Source of the DNA: Clostridia bacterium
GTDB lineage: Bacteria > Bacillota > Clostridia > UBA1381
Reading direction: 5' to 3'
Assembly: GCA_017404065.1 (NCBI GenBank)
Contig: JAFRDB010000128.1
Span: 63 to 64,062, forward strand
DNA: 64,000 nt
In this document: piece after piece, positions 17,807-25,968 of the stretch
Layout: every line of letters starts with the position of its first letter
Position numbering within the stretch: the stretch's first letter is position 1
Program-made: the position numbers and the translations under genes
Notes under the pieces: generated by a model
What the model was told of the DNA's origin: nothing
Seen by the model: the letters and a program-made list of their open reading frames with translations, nothing else
Databases searched by the model: none

Positions 17807-18379
17807 ATGAAAGGAGTTATGATCATAACTATGAATTTACCAAACAAGCTTACAATGCTAAGAGTCATACTCGTACCTGTATTTTTGGTATTTATGACGA
17901 TCGATACGCTTTGGGCAAAGATAGCGGGACTGATTGTTTTCTCGGCGGCATCTCTTACAGATATGCTGGACGGAAAAATAGCGCGGTCACAAAATCTTGT
18001 GACCACCTTCGGCAAATTTGCCGATCCGCTTGCGGATAAAATGCTCACGACTGCTGCCTTTCTTGTATTCATGGAAAAGGATATTATAGGCGCATGGCCT
18101 GTATTTATAATTCTTGCGCGCGAGTTTGCGGTATCGGGCATACGTCTCGTTGCCGCGGCAGACGGCGAGGTCATAGCGGCATCGTTCTGGGGAAAGTTCA
18201 AAACAGTTACGCAAATGATAGCGATAATTGCCGGACTTCTCCTGATGTGTATTGCTATCATACCTGAAAATGTTGCAAATACAATAACGGCATTGCTGGT
18301 ATGGCTGTCGGTGCTGTTTACGATAATTTCAGGCGTTGAATACATAGCGAAAAACAAAAATCTTTTAACGTTTAAGTAA
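17807..18379 (+). CDS. pgsA: CDP-diacylglycerol--glycerol-3-phosphate 3-phosphatidyltransferase
   Basis: CDP-alcohol phosphotransferase motif DMLDGKIAR....T.FGKFADPLADK. The start is uncertain (17807, 17819 or 17831). Confidence 0.85.
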   Translation: MKGVMIITMNLPNKLTMLRVILVPVFLVFMTIDTLWAKIAGLIVFSAASLTDMLDGKIARSQNLVTTFGKFADPLADKMLTTAAFLVFMEKDIIGAWPVFIILAREFAVSGIRLVAAADGEVIAASFWGKFKTVTQMIAIIAGLLLMCIAIIPENVANTITALLVWLSVLFTIISGVEYIAKNKNLLTFK

Positions 18380-18391
18380 GAGGGATACATT

Positions 18392-19024
18392 ATGGAAAAC
18401 TTTATAAATGAGCTGAAATTTGACGATAAAGGGCTCATCCCCGCAGTCGTCCAGGATGAAAACACAAAAGAAGTGCTGATGGTAGCATATATGACCGCGG
18501 AAACTCTTAAGATGACGCTTGAAACAAAAAAAGCCACATTTTTCTCGCGCTCGCGCGGCGAAATATGGATAAAGGGCGAAACAAGCGGGAATTATATGAA
18601 TGTGTCTGAGGTACGCGTTGACTGTGACGGTGACTGTCTTGTAGTGCTTGCCCGTCCGGACGGTCCGGCATGCCATACCGGTAATCGCAGCTGCTTCTAC
18701 CGCGTGATAGACGGCAATGCGCTCATAGATGATAAGAGCGGCGGCTCCGGTGACGCGCTCATGCGCGAATTTGCGACCATAGCCGGCAGAAAGGCTCATC
18801 CGGAGGAGGGCTCATACACGAACTACCTCTTTGATAAGGGCGAGGATAAGATACTTAAAAAGGTCGGCGAAGAGGCGGCAGAGGTCGTAATTGCCGGCAA
18901 AAACCGCGACAAAGCAGAAATACGCTATGAAACAGCCGATCTTCTCTACCACATTGCCGTTATGCTTGCTGATAACGACATGAGCTGGAATGATATCTTT
19001 GAAGAGATAGATAAGCGTGCATAA
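18392..19024 (+). CDS. hisIE: Bifunctional phosphoribosyl-AMP cyclohydrolase / phosphoribosyl-ATP pyrophosphatase
   Basis: HisI core (LIPAVVQD...VLMVAYM...SRSRGE.W.KGETSGN...DCDGD) followed by a HisE helix bundle (EEAAEVVIA...ETADLLYH). No other his genes lie nearby. Confidence 0.9.
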   Translation: MENFINELKFDDKGLIPAVVQDENTKEVLMVAYMTAETLKMTLETKKATFFSRSRGEIWIKGETSGNYMNVSEVRVDCDGDCLVVLARPDGPACHTGNRSCFYRVIDGNALIDDKSGGSGDALMREFATIAGRKAHPEEGSYTNYLFDKGEDKILKKVGEEAAEVVIAGKNRDKAEIRYETADLLYHIAVMLADNDMSWNDIFEEIDKRA

Positions 19025-19090
19025 GTAAATTTTAACCGAAAATGAGCGAACAAATTGTTAATGAATTAAAGCTTTGTCGATAAGGATGTA

Positions 19091-19299
19091 AATTTCAGTT
19101 TAACTCCCTCAGTCTCACTCCGTTCGACAGCTCCCTCATAGAGGGAGCCAAGTGTTTCGGGCTTACCACACATTCTTGCCTCCCTCTTGAGGTAAACGAA
19201 ACGCTTGCGTTTCGTAGGCGTGTTGCATAGCAACAAACGCCGTAGCTAAAAGGTGGCAGCCCGTAAGGGCTGACGGAGGGAGTCCGATAAACTCAAACT
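19091..19299. mobile_element. MITE-like element copy A (right terminus degenerate)
   Basis: The left end TA|AATTTCAGTTTAACTCCCTCAGTC is identical to copy B. The interior is collinear with copy B (48052-48261) apart from scattered substitutions. The right end ...GACGGAGGGAGTCCGATAAACTCAAACT has diverged. It sits in the 3' UTR of hisIE, upstream of the terminator at 19399. Confidence 0.6.
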
Positions 19300-19398
19300 C
19301 ATATAATTGGTCACAAAAAACTCGTTCAAAAATCGTGTAAATTTTTATACACATATTGATTCTTCAAAAAAGCGCAACGTAATAACCGATAACACAAC

Positions 19399-19438
19399 GC
19401 GCCATGCGACCGAGAGGCCACATGGCGCATTTTTTTTT
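19399..19438 (+). terminator. Rho-independent terminator (end of the rimO-pgsA-hisIE unit)
   Basis: GCGCCATG ... CATGGCGC stem followed by T9. Confidence 0.6.
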
Positions 19439-19500
19439 GATTACTGGGGCTGTTGCATCTTGCTACAACCTCTTGCTCTTATGACTTTACTATCTTTCTC

Positions 19501-19524
19501 GGACGGTGCCGCATGGCACCGTCC
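19501..19524 (-). terminator. GC-rich hairpin 8 nt after the micropeptide stop (terminator-like, no clear U-tract)
   Basis: GGACGGTGCC-GCAT-GGCACCGTCC, a 10-bp perfect stem. Confidence 0.35.
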
Positions 19525-19532
19525 TTCGCTGT

Positions 19533-19664
19533 TTAGCAGCAGCAATTATTGTCGTTCGCACCGCCGACACCGCCGCAGCCGTTATCTGCGCAGCACGCGA
19601 TAAGGATAATAATAATTATAATCCAGATCCACTCAGAATTATTTCTGTTGTTACCGAAGAACAT
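19533..19664 (-). CDS. 43-aa hydrophobic, Cys/Gly/Asn-rich micropeptide
   Basis: ATG 19664 is preceded by AAGGAGG at 9-nt spacing. The product is MFFGNNRNNSEWIWIIIIIILIACCADNGCGGVGGANDNNCCC, with one TM-like Ile run and 6 Cys. The longer track ORF (start 19718) has no RBS. Confidence 0.5.
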   Translation of the reverse strand: MFFGNNRNNSEWIWIIIIIILIACCADNGCGGVGGANDNNCCC

Positions 19665-19724
19665 ACCTTGCAACCTCCTTTTCGCTGAATTGTAATATAT
19701 ACTATTCAGCATCCTCATCGAGTG

Positions 19725-20021
19725 TTACAGCGTGTGTTTTGATTCGGTAAATACATACGTTCCGTCTTCGCTTTTTGAAAAATAGAGGTAGCATACGGGT
19801 ATGCCCATGCGCCGCACGCATGACGACCAGCCTCTGCCGTGAATGCTTATTGGTGAATATGTGCAGCCGGGATAGTTGTTTTCCATATATTTCCCGAGCG
19901 CTTCATGCTGCTCACGGAACCGCGGCTTGTTAAAGAATCCCTTGCCGGTAACTGCACTATATACCGCTGCTGCCGCCGCTGCTGTAATAAGCGCGCGGCT
20001 TTTAAGCTGTCTTATATTCAT
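19725..20021 (-). CDS. Hypothetical small protein with N-terminal TM/signal segment
   Basis: 98 aa. The ATG overlaps the rsmI TGA as ATGA (20018-20021). No family was recognised. Confidence 0.45.
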   Translation of the reverse strand: MNIRQLKSRALITAAAAAAVYSAVTGKGFFNKPRFREQHEALGKYMENNYPGCTYSPISIHGRGWSSCVRRMGIPVCYLYFSKSEDGTYVFTESKHTL

Positions 20022-20875
20022 ATCCCGACCTCCTTATGATAATCATTATATATATCACGCTTTGGCACTCCTCTGTCAAGTGCCGCCGCCTTTATAGCAT
20101 CGTTCTTTTTCATCCCGTCTGCTATATATTTATCCACATGCTCTGTAACGCTCATATCAGTCCAAAAGCGCTCATCCGTAACGGTATCTTCTGCCGCGCC
20201 CTCCACAACGATAACATACTCGCCGCGCGGCGCCGATTCGGCATAAAGCTCTGCCGCGCCGTCAAGCGTGGTTCTGATGATCTCCTCATGCAGCTTTGTT
20301 AGCTCCCGCGCAAGCGCTACCCGTCTGCCGCCGCCAAATGCGGCACGCATATCCTCTATCGTTGCTTTTAGCTTGTGCGGCGCCTCATAAAATATGAGCG
20401 TGTGTGTATCGTTTTTGACGCTCTGTAAATGCTCGCGTCTGTGACGCTTGTTCACCGACAGGAAACCTTCAAACGCGTAACGTTTTGCCGGCAAGCCTGA
20501 AAGTATCAGCGCATTTATAGCCGCCACAGGCCCCGGTACGGAGGTCACTGTGATCCCGTTATCTATACACAGCCGCACGAGATCCTCGCCCGGATCAGAT
20601 ATCGCTGGAGTTCCCGCGTCTGATACCTGCGCTATGCTTTTGCCCTCAATAAGAAGCTTTACTATATATTCGCCCTTTGCGCGCTTGTTATGCTCGTGGT
20701 AGCTCGTGAGCGGCTTCGCTATACCGAAATGGTTGAGAAGCTGCAGCGTGCGTCTCGTATCCTCCGCTGCTATCATATCGACTGATCTCAATATTTCCAG
20801 ACACCTTGCTGAAACGTCACCAAGGTTCCCTATGGGTGTCGCGCAAAGATACAGTGTCCCCTTTTCATCTGCCAT
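20018..20875 (-). CDS. rsmI: 16S rRNA (cytidine1402-2'-O)-methyltransferase
   Basis: N-terminal LYLCATPIGNLGDVS, tetrapyrrole-methylase fold, C-terminal extension. 285 aa. Confidence 0.9.
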   Translation of the reverse strand: MADEKGTLYLCATPIGNLGDVSARCLEILRSVDMIAAEDTRRTLQLLNHFGIAKPLTSYHEHNKRAKGEYIVKLLIEGKSIAQVSDAGTPAISDPGEDLVRLCIDNGITVTSVPGPVAAINALILSGLPAKRYAFEGFLSVNKRHRREHLQSVKNDTHTLIFYEAPHKLKATIEDMRAAFGGGRRVALARELTKLHEEIIRTTLDGAAELYAESAPRGEYVIVVEGAAEDTVTDERFWTDMSVTEHVDKYIADGMKKNDAIKAAALDRGVPKRDIYNDYHKEVGI

Positions 20876-21590
20876 AGATCGTATCTATCTCCTTTGTATA
20901 TGCGCCGTTTTTCTCATATACATACAGTGTCGGCATGAGTCTTAGCTCACTGCCCGCATTCTTGATGCCCTCAATAAGAACAAGGTTTGCCGCCTTACCC
21001 TCCATCGGCGCAACAAGCCGCATCCGCTTTGGCTCTATTTTGTACACGCGCATTAAATATATCAGATCCGCAAGCCTCTGTGGACGGTGTACCATGAACA
21101 GTCTGCCGCGCGTTTTTAAGAGGTCCGCCGATACACGCATAACATCCTCAAGCATGCAGCATACCTCGTGGCGGGATATAAGCTTTATATCAGCGTCATT
21201 GACAAGTCCCGCGCCGCTTTTCATGTATGGCGGGTTAACGGTAACAGCATCAAAAACACTCTTACCGTATATATCCGGCGCATCCTTAAGATCAGCGCAT
21301 CTAATGCGCACACGCTCTTCAAGCTTATTGTACCTAACGCTGCGTGCCGCCATATCAGCTATTTCTTTCTGTATCTCCACAGCGTCTATATGCGGTATTT
21401 CCGTTTTTGCAGCCAGGAGCACAGCGACTATGCCTGTGCCTGTGCAAAGATCTATCAGTCTGCCGACATTGCATTTTGCAAAATCCGAGAGCAGTACCGC
21501 GTCTATTCCGAATCGGAATCCGTCGCGCCGTTGCAAAAGACTGTAGCCGTTTTCGAGATCGTCAAGCGTCTCGTTTTCATTCAGCTCCAT
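20865..21590 (-). CDS. tRNA1(Val) (adenine37-N6)-methyltransferase-like SAM-dependent methyltransferase (YfiC/TrmN6 family)
   Basis: SAM motif DLCTGTGIV and catalytic NPPY (VTVNPPYMK). 241 aa. Confidence 0.7.
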   Translation of the reverse strand: MELNENETLDDLENGYSLLQRRDGFRFGIDAVLLSDFAKCNVGRLIDLCTGTGIVAVLLAAKTEIPHIDAVEIQKEIADMAARSVRYNKLEERVRIRCADLKDAPDIYGKSVFDAVTVNPPYMKSGAGLVNDADIKLISRHEVCCMLEDVMRVSADLLKTRGRLFMVHRPQRLADLIYLMRVYKIEPKRMRLVAPMEGKAANLVLIEGIKNAGSELRLMPTLYVYEKNGAYTKEIDTIYGR

Positions 21591-22026
21591 TGTTTTCTAT
21601 AACCGCAAAGCTGATCTCGCCCTTTGCCGCCGTCTTCCCGTCTACCGTGGCTTCAACATTAGCCTTGCCCATACCGTGACGATAAGTCAGCAGCTCCGCC
21701 TTAAGTAAAAGCGTATCGCCAGGCACAACCTGCTTGCGGAACTTGAAGTTGTTTATACCGGTGAAAACACCGAGCTTGCCCTTGTTCTCCTCCATACCAA
21801 GAAGTAATACCGCGCCGACCTGCGCAAGCGCCTCACATATAAGCACGCCCGGCATTATCGGATTTCTCGGAAAATGTCCCTGGAAAAACGGTTCGTTTAT
21901 TGTGACATTTTTAATGCCCTTGATAGACTTACCCTCCTCCATCTCAAGTATCTTATCCACCAACAGAAACGGATACCTGTGCGGGAGTATTTTCTGTATA
22001 TCGATATTGTTCATCAGCTCTGCCAT
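21577..22026 (-). CDS. fabZ: 3-hydroxyacyl-ACP dehydratase FabZ
   Basis: [13 protein letters not shown]...FFQGHFP..PIMPGVL..EALAQ. ATG 22026 has AAGGAGG 7 nt upstream. The longer track ORF would overlap mreB. Confidence 0.85.
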   Translation of the reverse strand: MAELMNNIDIQKILPHRYPFLLVDKILEMEEGKSIKGIKNVTINEPFFQGHFPRNPIMPGVLICEALAQVGAVLLLGMEENKGKLGVFTGINNFKFRKQVVPGDTLLLKAELLTYRHGMGKANVEATVDGKTAAKGEISFAVIENNGAE

Positions 22027-22039
22027 TTCTATATCCTCC

Positions 22040-23068
22040 TTACTCATGAATATATGCTTTCTTGTGGAATACATGTGTCGGATCCTTAACGCGGTCGATC
22101 CAGTCGAGCGCGATTCCGGAACCGCGAACCACACATTCTGTTATATTTTCGGCAAGCACAACGCGCACACCGATCTCGTTCTCAATACGCTTATCAAGTC
22201 CATATATAAGCGCGCCGCCACCTGTCATAACTATGCCGTCATCAATGATATCGGCGTGAATATCCGGCGGGACCTCTTCAAGCACCTCTCGCGCGCGCTC
22301 GGTTATATTATACACTAACTCATCAAATATTGTATATACATCATGCGATGATACCATGACCTTTTTTGGTATGCCGGTTATGGAGCTTATTCCCTTCGCC
22401 TCGCATATAACCTCCTTGTCACGCATCGTAACACATCCGACCGTACATTTAAGATCTTCCGCGGTGCGCGGACCGATATGCAAATTCATATCCCGCCTTA
22501 GGAATCTGACTATTTCCTCGGTAAATTCATCGCCGGCTATCTTTATGGAACGGCTGCTGAGAACTCCGCCCAGCGCCATCACCGCTATATCGGTAGTTCC
22601 GCCGCCTATATCTATTACCATAGTGCCGCGCGGCTTAGAAATATCCCTACCGCAGCCGAGCGCAGCGGCTACAGGCTCCTCAATTACATAAACATCCCTT
22701 GCGCCGACCTCACGAGCGGATTCTATTACTGCTCTCTGCTCTACATCGGTTATGCCGGACGGAACACACATCATTATCCTCGGTCTGCCGCCGGGAACAC
22801 GCCGCAAAACCTTTTTTATAAGTCCGCGTATCATCTCCTGCGTGAGCGTGAAGTTTGATATTACACCATCACGCAACGGACGAACCGCCTGTATATACGG
22901 AGGTGTGCGTCCGAGCATTTCAAGCGCCTCCTTGCCGACACTCATGACCTCATCAGTCTTAGTATTAACGGCAATAACCGTTGGTTCATTTAAAATAATA
23001 CCCCTGCCCTTTATATAAACAAGCATGGTAGAGGTACCAAGATCTATACTTATATCGCTGCCGAACAT
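22040..23068 (-). CDS. mreB: Rod-shape-determining actin homologue MreB/Mbl
   Basis: [21 protein letters not shown] and the actin-fold phosphate motifs. 342 aa. Confidence 0.9.
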   Translation of the reverse strand: MFGSDISIDLGTSTMLVYIKGRGIILNEPTVIAVNTKTDEVMSVGKEALEMLGRTPPYIQAVRPLRDGVISNFTLTQEMIRGLIKKVLRRVPGGRPRIMMCVPSGITDVEQRAVIESAREVGARDVYVIEEPVAAALGCGRDISKPRGTMVIDIGGGTTDIAVMALGGVLSSRSIKIAGDEFTEEIVRFLRRDMNLHIGPRTAEDLKCTVGCVTMRDKEVICEAKGISSITGIPKKVMVSSHDVYTIFDELVYNITERAREVLEEVPPDIHADIIDDGIVMTGGGALIYGLDKRIENEIGVRVVLAENITECVVRGSGIALDWIDRVKDPTHVFHKKAYIHE

Positions 23069-23109
23069 TAACGTTGTTCTCCTTTATTCGTTTACAATTC
23101 TCCATTTTA

Positions 23110-23138
23110 ATTATAATGCAATATGAAGGATTTGTCAA
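23110..23138 (-). promoter_or_regulatory. mreB promoter
   Basis: Minus strand: TTGACA (23133-23138), 17 nt, TATAAT (23110-23115). Confidence 0.55.
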
Positions 23139-23230
23139 GAATATGTTTAGACTTGGTTTTTGAATGAGTGTATTTCAGTTTATCGGGTTGTCAACTCCCC
23201 CGCCCCGCTTAGCTCATTCTTTTATTATGC

Positions 23231-23265
23231 AAAAAAATCTGCGGAAGAGATCCCGCAGATTTTTT
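23231..23265. terminator. Bidirectional Rho-independent terminator
   Basis: A7-ATCTGCGG...CCGCAGAT-T5. Confidence 0.6.
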
Positions 23266-23273
23266 ATAAAGAT

Positions 23274-23633
23274 CTATCTTCCTGCCGCACGCAGCGAGCG
23301 CTTTTTGAGCGCGTTTGCGGTCAGAACCATTCCGACCCAAACTACAGTTACCACCGCCGCCATCGCCGTACCCGATGTAGCCATCTCATGCAGCATCTCC
23401 GCAGCGTCTGCTGGATTTGCCGCCGCTGTCAGAAACGGAGCCCACGGCGTTACCTCACCATGCCATACATGCTCAAATGCCAGAAGCGCAGAGCCACCCC
23501 ACAGCATATTATTGAGCCATCCGAGCTTGCTCAGAAATATATGCTTATCTAAATCAACCTTCTTATCCGCAACTGCCTTCTTTACGACCGTTGTAACGAC
23601 TGCCTCTGTCGCCGGAACTATAAAACATGCCAT
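23274..23633 (-). CDS. Hypothetical membrane protein
   Basis: 119-aa ORF with two hydrophobic segments, followed by the terminator at 23231-23265. No family was recognised. Confidence 0.4.
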   Translation of the reverse strand: MACFIVPATEAVVTTVVKKAVADKKVDLDKHIFLSKLGWLNNMLWGGSALLAFEHVWHGEVTPWAPFLTAAANPADAAEMLHEMATSGTAMAAVVTVVWVGMVLTANALKKRSLRAAGR

Positions 23634-23701
23634 ATTTAACCCCTCCTAACATAAAACTGTAGCTATTATATCACACTTTTTTATTATTTGCAAGTGCTTT
23701 T

Positions 23702-23776
23702 CTTTAGTATTTGCTCATTATTTCCTCTTTAGTATTTGCTCATTATTTCCTCTTTAGTATTTGCTCATTATTTCCT
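23702..23776. repeat. Perfect 25-bp tandem repeat x3 spanning the stop codon of the DHHW/SGNH gene
   Basis: The unit CTTTAGTATTTGCTCATTATTTCCT starts at 23702, 23727 and 23752. Confidence 0.9.
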
Positions 23777-25955
23777 CAGCCTTCGCGTTATCGTCTGAAA
23801 TGCACATCATCGCTATGTTTCCGCTTACTTTAATTACCGGATCATTCAGCTTTGGCATTTCCTCCGGCTTATATGTTTCAAAGTTGGGCTTCTTTTCCTC
23901 TACACGCTCACGAAGCTTTTCGCCAAGTATTTTTGCCTCATCCGGATTTGCCGCCTCAAATATTGCAAATTCCTCTGCGGTAGATCCTCCGCCGGCATAT
24001 ACCTTGTCCGCCACAACGGAATCGGCATCAAGGTGGAACATTCTCGCTGTTACGTTATCAGCTGCTTCACTCATTGTATCCTTGAATTCTATTGATGAGA
24101 GTATCTCCGATACAAAGCCATCAATATCAGCAGTACCGCCGCCGGTGTAAAGGCTGAACGCCTGTGCCTCCTTGATCGTTCCCAGATTAACAGCATGCGT
24201 TAATAAATATGTATCCCACTTTTCATGCTCGGCTTTGGCAAAGTGGACTCCGTCGGCAGCCGCGCCGTCACGCAGATAACCGTCAGCATCCGCTATCGCG
24301 CTGTAAACATCAAGGTAGTAGCATCCCAGCTCCTCTGCAAGCTTGCAAAGTCCCGCATTACATTCGACTATGGTCGATTTGTATATTTTCCTGTTTTCCT
24401 GACTTCGCTCGACAGGTAATATGGACTGAATATATATAATTGCATCCGGGTTTGTAGCCTTGATCTTGTTGATCATATTACGATAACGCTCTATGTATGT
24501 GTCAAGAGGCGTATATGAAACCTCGTTTATTCCGAACATAACATAGTATTTGCCTATATTTTCCTGAGCGAGCAGCTCATCTATCATCGTTCTCCCGCTC
24601 GACATTGTTTCTGTGTAGATCGTGCGCGTATTGGTAGCCGATTTTGCTATGAACTTTGCCGGAAATACCGAATATGCGCTATGTCCGAGCGTGATAGAAT
24701 CGCCAAAGAATACCGCATCGGCGAAATAGTCCGATGTTACCTCCGGCTGCTCCTCCACTAAGCCAAACGGCGGAAGCTTTACGTATGATGTCGTTTCTGC
24801 AAGCTCACCAAGCCCGCCGAGGCTTTTATCGGTATTAAAGGTCTCGGCATCGTAAAGCACAAGTACATCGTTTATGCCGTTATCAGCAAGATATTGTATA
24901 ATGTCATCATTATAATATCTCAAATCTATGAGAAAAATATTATCAAATTTTGTGGCAAGAAACGGAGCTATACTATGCGCATAAGAATCCTTTAGTATTG
25001 CTATACTTCTGCCCGAAGTACCTACAGCGTTACGGATCACCGTAAGACCGTGGTTTCCACCGATATAAACTGTATACTTGTCCTTCTTTTGAAGATCATT
25101 CATAGCATACAGTCCCATCATCTTGCTGTCCTCAAGCGGATATTCCACCGTATAGCTCATCGCAAAGCCATTCAGTGTATATCTGTCTATCGTATCGGGT
25201 TTAACGAAGCTTATACTTGCCTTTGACCATGTTGTACCGTAAAATTTATTTGTAAGCTGTTCAACCCCAAAGCTTTCTATCGGTTCCGCCTCATAGCCCA
25301 GATATGCGCCGAGCGCAGCATATATATAATAGCTGCCGAGCGCGGTTTGGTGGTGGTCTGTTCTGTAATATATGTATTCGTCCTTGTGCTCGGAAAGCAC
25401 TGCGCTTGTGTCGCACACCGGCACATTCGCATTCATAAACTGCGTTGCTACCTCATTCTCTATCTGAGGTATAGTGTCGGTATACGTAAAAGCCGGCAGC
25501 TTGTCGCGGAGAATCTCATACGCGGTCGGAACAGCTGCGACTGTCATATTATATTCGCCCTTCTCTTTAAACTTCAAAAGCGATGCAATATTTGTGTCGA
25601 TATTAGTCTTGTCAAATTCGTCCGGACGGCTGATAAGATATCCGTCATCCGCAAAATATACTCCGTTATTTTCAGGGCGTCCTGTCAGATACGCAACATC
25701 CGCTTTAAGCGATACTGCCCCGTCACGAAATGCGAACTGATCTGTGGAATATGTCTCAAATTCGCTCATAAAGCTGCCGTCTGTCAATGCTTTTGCGTTG
25801 ACCTCGGGAAACACCGCAAGCTGTCGGTTTTCCTTCTCGGATATCAGCTTTGGTTTATGCGCCGTGGATATCAGCGCTGTAAGGAGAAGCGTAAATATAA
25901 TTATACCGCCTATGAACGCATCGTGATGAGCTTTTATCAGACGTATTATCTTCAT
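23754..25955 (-). CDS. Membrane-anchored triple-domain protein: DHHW (AlgX/AlgJ-like) domain + SGNH/GDSL hydrolase domain + DUF4358-like C-terminus. Putative glycan O-acyltransferase partner.
   Basis: ATG 25955 (MKIIRLIK...) has AGGGGGTG 7 nt upstream. One N-terminal TM. YYRTDHHQT is the DHHW-family signature. FFGDSITLGH (block I) and DGVHF (block V) mark an SGNH fold. The tail GGGSTAEEFAIFEAANPDEAK...PVIKVSGNIAMMCISDD resembles DUF4358. Confidence 0.65.
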   Translation of the reverse strand: MKIIRLIKAHHDAFIGGIIIFTLLLTALISTAHKPKLISEKENRQLAVFPEVNAKALTDGSFMSEFETYSTDQFAFRDGAVSLKADVAYLTGRPENNGVYFADDGYLISRPDEFDKTNIDTNIASLLKFKEKGEYNMTVAAVPTAYEILRDKLPAFTYTDTIPQIENEVATQFMNANVPVCDTSAVLSEHKDEYIYYRTDHHQTALGSYYIYAALGAYLGYEAEPIESFGVEQLTNKFYGTTWSKASISFVKPDTIDRYTLNGFAMSYTVEYPLEDSKMMGLYAMNDLQKKDKYTVYIGGNHGLTVIRNAVGTSGRSIAILKDSYAHSIAPFLATKFDNIFLIDLRYYNDDIIQYLADNGINDVLVLYDAETFNTDKSLGGLGELAETTSYVKLPPFGLVEEQPEVTSDYFADAVFFGDSITLGHSAYSVFPAKFIAKSATNTRTIYTETMSSGRTMIDELLAQENIGKYYVMFGINEVSYTPLDTYIERYRNMINKIKATNPDAIIYIQSILPVERSQENRKIYKSTIVECNAGLCKLAEELGCYYLDVYSAIADADGYLRDGAAADGVHFAKAEHEKWDTYLLTHAVNLGTIKEAQAFSLYTGGGTADIDGFVSEILSSIEFKDTMSEAADNVTARMFHLDADSVVADKVYAGGGSTAEEFAIFEAANPDEAKILGEKLRERVEEKKPNFETYKPEEMPKLNDPVIKVSGNIAMMCISDDNAKAEEIMSKY

Positions 25956-25968
25956 ATTTAGACACCCC

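Noticed and set aside
19163-19354. A 63-aa ORF here and a 109-aa ORF at 48074-48403 encode similar peptides (GLPPSALTGCH.LATAFVA.QHAY.TQA.R.PQEGGKN). This could be taken as a conserved small protein family.
   Set aside because: Both lie entirely inside MITE copies A and B. The substitutions between copies are paired stem changes that preserve hairpins rather than codon-aware changes. There is no RBS. The similarity is a by-product of the repeated DNA.
21577-22134. Longest-ORF starts from the track for fabZ (22134), rplK (45944), rplA (45357), the HI0933 gene (7493), the DHHW gene (26048), the dockerin gene (36244), the XRE gene (54924), yefM (51582), yoeB (51865), dapA (54408), the GerMN gene (31772) and others.
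   Set aside because: The N-terminal extensions overlap upstream genes or lack an RBS. Internal ATGs with AGGAGG-type RBSs give N-termini matching the known family starts, so I reported the shorter coordinates.
23702-23776. Possible CRISPR-like or regulatory repeat array.
   Set aside because: The units are directly abutting with no spacers, there are only three copies, and they are simply the reiterated 3' end of the upstream gene. This is not a CRISPR array.
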